Assembly: GCA_003663045.1 (NCBI GenBank)
Contig: QMZG01000001.1
Coordinates: 1 to 37,598 of the forward strand
DNA: 37,598 bases
Direction of reading: 5' to 3'
Source: Candidatus Altiarchaeales archaeon
Lineage (GTDB): Archaea > Altiarchaeota > Altiarchaeia > IMC4 > QMZM01
This document shows, in pieces, positions 1 through 7,397 of this stretch. A program made the position numbers and the translations under genes. Below the pieces are notes generated by a model. The model was not told where the DNA came from. It did not search any database and saw only the letters and a program-made list of their open reading frames with translations. Each line of letters starts with the position of its first letter. The stretch's first letter is position 1.

Positions 1-117
1 ATAATAATCCCTTTTAACCTTGTGTGCAGTGCCATAGCCTCCCGAGTAATCCCTGTTGACATCCATATTCGGGGGGCTGGGTAGATTCAGAATTAATATT
101 TTAACATTCTTTACCAT
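1..117 (-). CDS. 5' end of a gene running off the window (39 codons); N-terminus resembles B12-binding-domain radical SAM enzymes
   Basis: My own reverse-strand translation from the ATG at 117-115 gives MVKNVKILILNLPSPPNMDVNRDYSGGYGTAHKVKRDYY, open to the window edge. The pattern 'ILILNLPSPP...' is typical of class B radical SAM N-termini. Not in the ORF track because it is under 60 aa. Confidence 0.3.
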   Translation of the reverse strand, partial: MVKNVKILILNLPSPPNMDVNRDYSGGYGTAHKVKRDYY

Positions 118-190
118 TTTATTAAATACCCTATTCTATATTTATAACTAGTATATACAATATATGGATTATATGTAAATATAATATAAG

Positions 191-1219
191 ATGTTTAAAA
201 TGGATGATTTAGCAGATAAAAAGTTTATATCTTTCATTATTATAACAAAAAATGAAGAGAAAAAAATCGGGGCATGTATCGAATCTGTATTAAAAGCCTC
301 AGAAAGATTTGATAGTGAGGTAATCCTTGTGGATTCTTTATCCAGCGATAAAACTATTGAAATAGCTAAAAGATATCCAATAAAAATTCTGCAATTGAAA
401 CCATATCAGGAGATATTCCCCTCTACAGCTCGTTACATTGGATTCAAATATTCAAGTGGAAGATATATACAATTCTTGGATGGAGATATGATACTGAACT
501 CACAATGGATTAATAATGCCATACCTATAATAGAAAAAAATGAAGGTATTGCTGGAGTGGCAGGTGGATTAACGCAGGATCAGACTAAAAGTCCCATGTT
601 GAAGCAATTTTCCAAATATTTAGAGGGCATGAGAGTTGATAAACCTGTGAAGGTTAGAAGTTTTGTAGGTATGTCATTGTTTAAATCAAGTGTACTACGG
701 GAGGTAGGTACCTTTGATCCCTACCTAATTGCTATAGAAGAGGGCGAACTATGTGATAGAATAACAGCAGCCGGTTATACGCTACTCTTGCTACCCTTCC
801 ATTCTGCCCATCATCAAGTTAGTAAGGAGTACAGTATTCTAAAAGAGCTGAAAAAGAAGATCAGATACACCATAGGTGAAGGACAGGTTTTTAGGAGATC
901 CACCTTTAATAAAAAAATTTTTCTTTTTCGTCTGGATTTATATAAATTTTATCTTATTTTTGCGGTACTGGAGATTCTGGGATTCATAGGTTTATCGACG
1001 CTCTCGGAAACAGATAAGGGACTATTTGGTTTTGTTTGGATTACGGTGGTGGTATTTTCATTACTCTGGGTTTTATTGGAGAAGAAAGGGGTATTTTATT
1101 CTGTAACAAGAACCCTGACGGCCTCACTGCTTTGGCCTGTCTTCTCTTATGGGTTTCTAAAGAGTGTAAAGAATCCAGACACGTATAACACAGATGTGTC
1201 TTTAATAAAAGAGTATTAA
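191..1219 (+). CDS. family 2 glycosyltransferase with C-terminal transmembrane segments
   Basis: N-terminal 'SFIIITKNEEKKI', 'VILVDSLSSDKT' and 'FLDGDM' (DxD) fit the GT-A/GT2 fold. The C-terminal ~100 aa are hydrophobic. Confidence 0.8.
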   Translation: MFKMDDLADKKFISFIIITKNEEKKIGACIESVLKASERFDSEVILVDSLSSDKTIEIAKRYPIKILQLKPYQEIFPSTARYIGFKYSSGRYIQFLDGDMILNSQWINNAIPIIEKNEGIAGVAGGLTQDQTKSPMLKQFSKYLEGMRVDKPVKVRSFVGMSLFKSSVLREVGTFDPYLIAIEEGELCDRITAAGYTLLLLPFHSAHHQVSKEYSILKELKKKIRYTIGEGQVFRRSTFNKKIFLFRLDLYKFYLIFAVLEILGFIGLSTLSETDKGLFGFVWITVVVFSLLWVLLEKKGVFYSVTRTLTASLLWPVFSYGFLKSVKNPDTYNTDVSLIKEY

Positions 1220-1245
1220 TCTTAGTCTTTCAGACAAAATTCATT

Positions 1246-4200
1246 TCATGAATTTTCTTGTTTTATTATCCATATGCTGTTTTTTGGTAACACCTTTTTA
1301 GGGTTTAAGTCTGTATCGAATACCATCTCAACAGATTCCGTTGATGAGATATAGCTGAATATTACTTCTTTTTCGCCTGATTTTAACCCAATATCATTCC
1401 ACATCATAGGCATTGAAACAGAGGTGAATCTGAATTCCTGACCGTCGAAGCTGACATCCTTTATTGCCCCGTCAGACCAGGTTATCCTCGGTTCATCAAT
1501 TCCTTCACCCACATTCAGGATCAGTTCATGCTCCCCTCTATTCAGCTTCTCTGACAACACTACTATGCCATCGATATTATTTCTTATAAAGTATATCTCC
1601 TCTCCGTCAAGGTATGCGGAGGCTATTCTACGTCCAATAACCCTTATTCCTGCACCTCTTACTGGAACTTCATTGCTTAGTTTTATTTTTATGGTTCCAT
1701 TTCTGTAGTTTTTTTGCTCGTCTAGGCTCAAGTTCTGTACGTTAAGGTACTTGTAGGCATACGCGGGTAGGAATTGAGGGTGTATCTCTAAAAGACCGCC
1801 CGTGTCAAGGTCATTTAGTAAGGTCATTGTTTTGTTCCAGTTATTGAGGTTCTGGTGAAAGTCATAGTGGTGGTCATAGAAATAGTATGGGTATCCAATG
1901 TTGATATAACTATTGTATATGTCCAGTTTATCCATTCTCAGATTTTCTTCATCAAAACCTGTTATAAATCCTTTCGTAAATCCGCTGCCGTCAACTAGTG
2001 TTCCATTCGGGCCATAGTGCCTGCCCCATGTCAGTTCATGACTATTATCAAATGCGAAGGCTTCACTTCTGTTTTCCATATCCACGAGGATACCTACCCT
2101 CTCTATGGCGCTGGTAACATTATTGTTAACAGAATGTTGCGGGGTTGTCCAACAGTATGGCCTATAGCCGAAGAATTCCGTGTAGCTTTCATAGGCTGTT
2201 TTAACCCTGTTGTATACGGAATCGTAGCTAAACTGGGATCCATATCCATCTGAGTAGCCACCGGAATCATGCAAGCATGTTTGTATTCTCCTATCCTCTA
2301 TGTACTTTAACAGCATCTCTTTAAGGATGGAGTTTGTTTGGAACACAGAGTCTGCTCTGATATATATCTGGTGCGTGGATCTGGGGAATATATTTGTTAT
2401 ATCCTCTAGAAACTTTATGTGATACTTGTCTATGCTGCCGTTGATCAGCCATGGACCACCGGTATCATCTATTCTTATCCCCACATCCAGGCTTTCACCG
2501 AATGTTTTTTGTACACAACCCTCGCAGAGGTAGTATAGTATCCGCGTATTCAGTCTTCCTATGCCAATGTGGTATTGGTCCTTGGATCCAGTTATTCCAT
2601 CACCTCTCCCAGCATGTGCGATAATCTTGCCTTTCCCATATTCTCCATAGATCAACCATGGGCCCCATTCATCTGTCCCCATGATTCTTGCATTGATGAT
2701 GGGTTTGAAAAACTTAGGTAGTTTCTCATACCTCCAAAAATAGAACTGTGAATCCTCAGATGAAATGTTCTCATTCTTTGATTTGTATATGTAATCAGTA
2801 TCTCCAACTAATGCAGCTGGAAATATCTCTGATTCATTATTAAATCGAATCTCATGTGAAAAATTCCAACTCCCAGTGACATTGAATTCAGGACCTAAAA
2901 AATTAACTGTCGAAAAGTAGATAAAGAAAGCATTTGTGCCCCTCTTTATGGCATTCCATAATGCCTTCTTTTCAGTAGAGTTCAGAAGATCACTTCTGTC
3001 AAGTGTAGAGTCCAAGACTATTAAAGAATAGTCTCTCAGAATCTTGTCTTCATCTGGTAGGTCTTCTTTTTCCACATCCAGTAGGTCGTATTGAAAATTT
3101 CTGAGTGGTTGAGAATCCCAAAAAATCCCATACATCCAATTATCCCTACTAGAGCCCTTTGTCAGAACAAGTATCTTACCACCCATAACATCTGTTCTAA
3201 CACTCTTTTTTATGGGGTGTTTGGGTACTGCTATAATCTCATATATTGTTATCGCCTTGTTCTTGAAGATGCTGTCGAACTTGATGTCTTCTTCAAATTT
3301 CCCGATTTGCTTTTCGGTATAAATTCTATCAGAGAGGGCTACACTAGGTACTCTGGTCAGATACCTGTGGGTTACAATGTAGGTGATATTCCCAGCCCTT
3401 AGACTTTCCATAATTGATTCATTAATATAGTCTGATCCGAAAACCGCCATGGTTAGTTCCGGATTATACATATTAACGTTGGACATCCCAAATCCCCCCA
3501 ACGCGTCATAGATCAGACCATCACCAAGCACACTACCCCCTTTGTAATTATTTTTAAACCAGATACTTGCTTCATAAATATCAGGCGTTAAAAAAAGAGG
3601 ATTATCGCTGGATATAATCGATCTGTCGACGTAGTAGTAACGAAGTGAATTATTCATGATGTGGCCACCCCCCAAGAGTATAATCAATGACAGTGGGATG
3701 ACCATGTTTCTGTAGACTCTCCCCTTATCACCTATGGCTGTTATTCCGAGAAGTGCTATTGGTATGATACCAAGATAGGCGAATTCAAATATCCTGAGAA
3801 GTATAAAATAGTACCCTGTCGTCCATAAACTGACGGATGCAACCACTAGTGCAACACAGAAGATAAAGTTGATAACGAAAAACATTGGGATTTTTCTATT
3901 TTTATGCATGGATTCCTTTCTGAGAATTACTTCCAGACATTTTTTTGCACCTACTAGCGTATAAAATCCCATGATTATTATGGCACCATATATGAGGATT
4001 TTCTCGTAAGATCTGAAGCTTATTCCTGCTGATGATGGCCTGATCGAGTAACTAACTGGGGATAGGATACTTGGGAGGATCCTTCCTATATCTATCATCT
4101 GAGAGAATAGATATAGATTCGCGACATATACGCCCCATGAGAGAAACGCTACCAGAAAAAAGAGGAGATAGCTGCTTGATATATAGATGTATCTTTTTTG

Positions 4201-5025
4201 GTCAATGTTGTATTTGTTAAGGAATCTTTTTGAAATTTTCGAGGAAATAAATAATGCTATTATCCAGAACAGCCACACATATGCGGTGAAATGGTGGCTT
4301 AGAACCAGGATTAAACCGAAAATCAGGTTTACGATAATCAGGGATATGGTGGTGGTTTTCATTAATTTGACTGCAGTATAAAAGCTTATCAGGAGAAAGA
4401 TTATTGCGAATCCTTCATGGTGTATCCAGTTTATGAGTGAGGGGTTTGTGATGTAGAGGAATACAGCTAGCATAGCTAATTTTTCTTCTAAGAATTCACG
4501 GAAGATCAGGAATATCAATGAGGGTATTAAAAATAATCTCAGTAGAGGTAGTGTCCAGGGAAATATCTTGATTAATGGAATACCTGTCACCTTTGATACA
4601 GTTACAATGAAAATATGCATTGCCGGATAATGGGTGTATTGCTTTGCTATGCCAGTTGCTGCACTAACATTCCAGTGTTCATCTGAGTATACAATATTAC
4701 ATAACTGATAGGAATATATTGAATCCCTACCAACAGGATAACCATAGGTTGTAGAAAATAGAGGGTAAGTAAGAAGTACACATACCGAGAGTAAAGCAAC
4801 ACTAAATATTCTGATTTTTCTATTAACGTCCTGAAACAGTGAGGGGAGGGTAACAGATAGGATACCCAGCCAGTATATGACTTGGCTTGGAAGCTTGTTT
4901 AATGGAATTGGAACCTGATCGCTATTAGCGATTGCATTATTAAATAGGGATATGAAGTACATCAATAATAGAAATCCAATAATTACTGAGATGAATGATA
5001 TGCAATTAAGTATACCTTTATTCAT
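1246..5025 (-). CDS. 1259-aa fusion protein: polytopic N-terminal membrane domain (~460 aa, GT-C/polymerase-like) plus ~800-aa extracytoplasmic region with a NodB/CE4-like (polysaccharide deacetylase-like) segment
   Basis: Long uninterrupted ORF with about 12 or more hydrophobic helices in the first ~460 aa. The soluble part carries 'IRIDDTGGPW' (about 2455-2480), 'CLHDSGGYSDGYG' (about 2240-2280) and 'FFGYRPYCWTTPQH' (about 2134-2178). These resemble NodB motifs 1-3 (DD, H-x, RPY). Gene is firm; function is inference. Confidence 0.6.
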   Translation of the reverse strand: MNKGILNCISFISVIIGFLLLMYFISLFNNAIANSDQVPIPLNKLPSQVIYWLGILSVTLPSLFQDVNRKIRIFSVALLSVCVLLTYPLFSTTYGYPVGRDSIYSYQLCNIVYSDEHWNVSAATGIAKQYTHYPAMHIFIVTVSKVTGIPLIKIFPWTLPLLRLFLIPSLIFLIFREFLEEKLAMLAVFLYITNPSLINWIHHEGFAIIFLLISFYTAVKLMKTTTISLIIVNLIFGLILVLSHHFTAYVWLFWIIALFISSKISKRFLNKYNIDQKRYIYISSSYLLFFLVAFLSWGVYVANLYLFSQMIDIGRILPSILSPVSYSIRPSSAGISFRSYEKILIYGAIIIMGFYTLVGAKKCLEVILRKESMHKNRKIPMFFVINFIFCVALVVASVSLWTTGYYFILLRIFEFAYLGIIPIALLGITAIGDKGRVYRNMVIPLSLIILLGGGHIMNNSLRYYYVDRSIISSDNPLFLTPDIYEASIWFKNNYKGGSVLGDGLIYDALGGFGMSNVNMYNPELTMAVFGSDYINESIMESLRAGNITYIVTHRYLTRVPSVALSDRIYTEKQIGKFEEDIKFDSIFKNKAITIYEIIAVPKHPIKKSVRTDVMGGKILVLTKGSSRDNWMYGIFWDSQPLRNFQYDLLDVEKEDLPDEDKILRDYSLIVLDSTLDRSDLLNSTEKKALWNAIKRGTNAFFIYFSTVNFLGPEFNVTGSWNFSHEIRFNNESEIFPAALVGDTDYIYKSKNENISSEDSQFYFWRYEKLPKFFKPIINARIMGTDEWGPWLIYGEYGKGKIIAHAGRGDGITGSKDQYHIGIGRLNTRILYYLCEGCVQKTFGESLDVGIRIDDTGGPWLINGSIDKYHIKFLEDITNIFPRSTHQIYIRADSVFQTNSILKEMLLKYIEDRRIQTCLHDSGGYSDGYGSQFSYDSVYNRVKTAYESYTEFFGYRPYCWTTPQHSVNNNVTSAIERVGILVDMENRSEAFAFDNSHELTWGRHYGPNGTLVDGSGFTKGFITGFDEENLRMDKLDIYNSYINIGYPYYFYDHHYDFHQNLNNWNKTMTLLNDLDTGGLLEIHPQFLPAYAYKYLNVQNLSLDEQKNYRNGTIKIKLSNEVPVRGAGIRVIGRRIASAYLDGEEIYFIRNNIDGIVVLSEKLNRGEHELILNVGEGIDEPRITWSDGAIKDVSFDGQEFRFTSVSMPMMWNDIGLKSGEKEVIFSYISSTESVEMVFDTDLNPKKVLPKNSIWIIKQENS

Positions 5026-5031
5026 CGTATT

Positions 5032-6216
5032 CTATGATATCATTTCTTTTATAAGGCCTATATACTGCTCCTTTATAACATCATTACTAAATCTCTCCCT
5101 TATAGTAAGGACTGCGCTCTCTCTTAGTTTATCCAATGTATTTCCCCCCGAATTAAGAAGATCATGGATTTTATCCATAAAACCATTTTTATCATGATGG
5201 GGATTTATCAAAAATCCATTCACTCCATCATCTATTACCTCGGCTATACCACCCACATTCGTGCTTATAGGAACACAGCCGCAGGACATGGCTTCCAGCA
5301 ATACTGTGGGTATATTCTCATAGACCGAAGTTATCAGCAGGAAATCCGAAAGCGAATATACCTCTGGTAGGAGATCATTATCAACCCTGCCTAAAAAAAG
5401 AACCCTATCCTCTTCTATTCCATTAGTATAATCTTTAATAAATCTATCATCCTGTCTCATGCCGATTATGATAAATTTGACCCCATAATCTCTCATGTCA
5501 TTGATTATCTCAAATAGAAGCTCTGGATTTTTTATGGCGTGTGGTCTTCCCACCCATACCCCTAGTAAATTGTCTCCTTTAAAATCTTTAATTTTTTTAC
5601 CTATCCCTGAGTCTATTTCACTATACCTTTTTCTATTAAAGAAATCAGGATCTATGGAATTATAAATGACTTCAATCTTACCTTTATCGATACCATAGTT
5701 ATTAACTATACTATCTTTTGTATAATGACTGATGGCTATGATCCTATCTGCTTTTTTCATCATAGCCCTTTCACCTCTCACCAAGATTCTCCCCAATCTA
5801 GAACACATAAGTCTTTCACTGTATTCCTTTCCCTTCAGATTACTTATGGCAGATATCTGGTCATTGAGTACACATTCACTCACAATTAATTCAGGAATTC
5901 TACTATTATAAAGGTGAAAATAAAACGGTGGGAGATTTTTTATCACTAACTTTGGTTGTTCTTTATCTGTTTTTAAATGAAGAAAAGAAATCAATTCAAA
6001 GAGTGGATTAAACTTATCAAAACCTGGAAAAGATTTAACTATAGACTTTATTTTCAAATTAGGGTGTTGAAACACGGTAAGCCCTTCACTCTTGTTGTTA
6101 GTATATACCTCTACTCTAAATCCTTTTTCCAGAAGAAATTTTATCCTTTTCAAAGCATTAATGCCGATGCCACCATATCCCAATTCCGGAGAAAGAACCA
6201 ATATCTTTGAATTCAT
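5032..6216 (-). CDS. GT4-type (GT-B fold, group 1) glycosyltransferase
   Basis: C-terminal 'ENIPTVLLEAMSCGCVPISTNVGGIAEVIDDGVNGFL' is the canonical GT1/GT4 E-x7-E region. It overlaps the upstream gene by 4 nt (6213-6216). Confidence 0.85.
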   Translation of the reverse strand: MNSKILVLSPELGYGGIGINALKRIKFLLEKGFRVEVYTNNKSEGLTVFQHPNLKIKSIVKSFPGFDKFNPLFELISFLHLKTDKEQPKLVIKNLPPFYFHLYNSRIPELIVSECVLNDQISAISNLKGKEYSERLMCSRLGRILVRGERAMMKKADRIIAISHYTKDSIVNNYGIDKGKIEVIYNSIDPDFFNRKRYSEIDSGIGKKIKDFKGDNLLGVWVGRPHAIKNPELLFEIINDMRDYGVKFIIIGMRQDDRFIKDYTNGIEEDRVLFLGRVDNDLLPEVYSLSDFLLITSVYENIPTVLLEAMSCGCVPISTNVGGIAEVIDDGVNGFLINPHHDKNGFMDKIHDLLNSGGNTLDKLRESAVLTIRERFSNDVIKEQYIGLIKEMIS

Positions 6217-7394
6217 TGTTTATACCTTCTTGTTCCCTCTATCTTCTCCCAGGAGTAGGAGGGTCCTCTAAATATGTATGTGAAAAGCCCTTTCAGGCAG
6301 GAGTATTGTGAATGAAGAAACGTAATGATGATATATCGGCTTTTTGACATTATACTTAGCAATAGGAGAGCGGTCAATAATATAAGTGCTACATGAATAT
6401 GTAATGAAAAAAATGTTAAAAAGAATAGAAGTATTAAAAAAGGGGATATGACATGCATAAAAAATTCTATTGGGAATATCAACATCCCGAATAGTCCATA
6501 ATTTCTATTGAAGAAAAATACTTTGAAAAATCTGAGGAATAACTGAATTAAACCCTGTGCCCTCCTATACTTCTGTTTTGTTCTTTCTTGCATACTGGAC
6601 GCTGCAAATTCCCAGAAGATTGCATCATCTACATGTATTGTCCTATAACCTTTTTGTCTGATCCTCAATGCAATTTCGGAATCGTCTGCTACAGAATCAT
6701 TATATATCCTGCTTATGAGGGTCTTTCTGAAGGCAGTAAATGGACCATTAAAGATAAATGTTGAATCAAGTATAGACTCAGCATGACGTATCATGTGATA
6801 AAGATTCCTGTATTCAATCTCAATTATGGACATATCACTATCTCTATCACCCAGAACTACGTGCCTACCTGTCAGAGCACCAACTCTCTGATCAGCAAAA
6901 TAGGGAATTGAAACATTCAGGATGTTCTTATTTAGTCTGGAATCAGAGTCTGTTATTACTATAATCTCACCATTGGAGTATCTAAGAGCACGATTTAGTG
7001 CGACGGCTTTGCCCCTTCGTTCCTTTAATTTAAGTAATTTAAAATTACGGTGGTTTTTTATAAATCCTTTAACAATTTCAACCGTTTTGTCATTAGAGCC
7101 GTCATCTATTATAAGGACTTCGAGTTTGTCTTTTGGATATTCCAAATCAAGGGTATTCTCTAATTTTCCTTTAATAGTATTCTCCTCATTCCAGGTGGGG
7201 ATAATAAGGGAGATAGTTGGTTCATAATCTGGATCACTTCTAACATCTAACTTTCTATAGGATACTATGTACTGGCATAATAGAAAGTAACCCCCATATA
7301 CTATACCTATACTCAATATACTGAACCAGAATATTATCTCAGCCAAACTCATTTTTATCTTATTTGAGACAATCAATTCTAAGAAATCAGACAC
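6213..7394 (-). CDS. membrane-integrated processive-type GT2 synthase (PgaC/IcaA/NodC/chitin- or cellulose-synthase-like)
   Basis: Motifs are 'IIPTWNEE', 'LIIDDGSNDKT', 'ITDSDS' (DxD), 'ADDSE', and 'QKYRRAQG' in the position of Q(R/Q)xRW. There is an N-terminal TM helix and C-terminal TM helices. Confidence 0.75.
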   Translation of the reverse strand: MSDFLELIVSNKIKMSLAEIIFWFSILSIGIVYGGYFLLCQYIVSYRKLDVRSDPDYEPTISLIIPTWNEENTIKGKLENTLDLEYPKDKLEVLIIDDGSNDKTVEIVKGFIKNHRNFKLLKLKERRGKAVALNRALRYSNGEIIVITDSDSRLNKNILNVSIPYFADQRVGALTGRHVVLGDRDSDMSIIEIEYRNLYHMIRHAESILDSTFIFNGPFTAFRKTLISRIYNDSVADDSEIALRIRQKGYRTIHVDDAIFWEFAASSMQERTKQKYRRAQGLIQLFLRFFKVFFFNRNYGLFGMLIFPIEFFMHVISPFLILLFFLTFFSLHIHVALILLTALLLLSIMSKSRYIIITFLHSQYSCLKGLFTYIFRGPSYSWEKIEGTRRYKQ

Positions 7395-7397
7395 AAT

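Noticed and set aside
2017-4381. Several 64-103-aa plus-strand ORFs (2017-2253, 3091-3402, 4187-4381)
   Set aside because: All are embedded antisense in the 1259-aa gene, with odd composition and no motifs.
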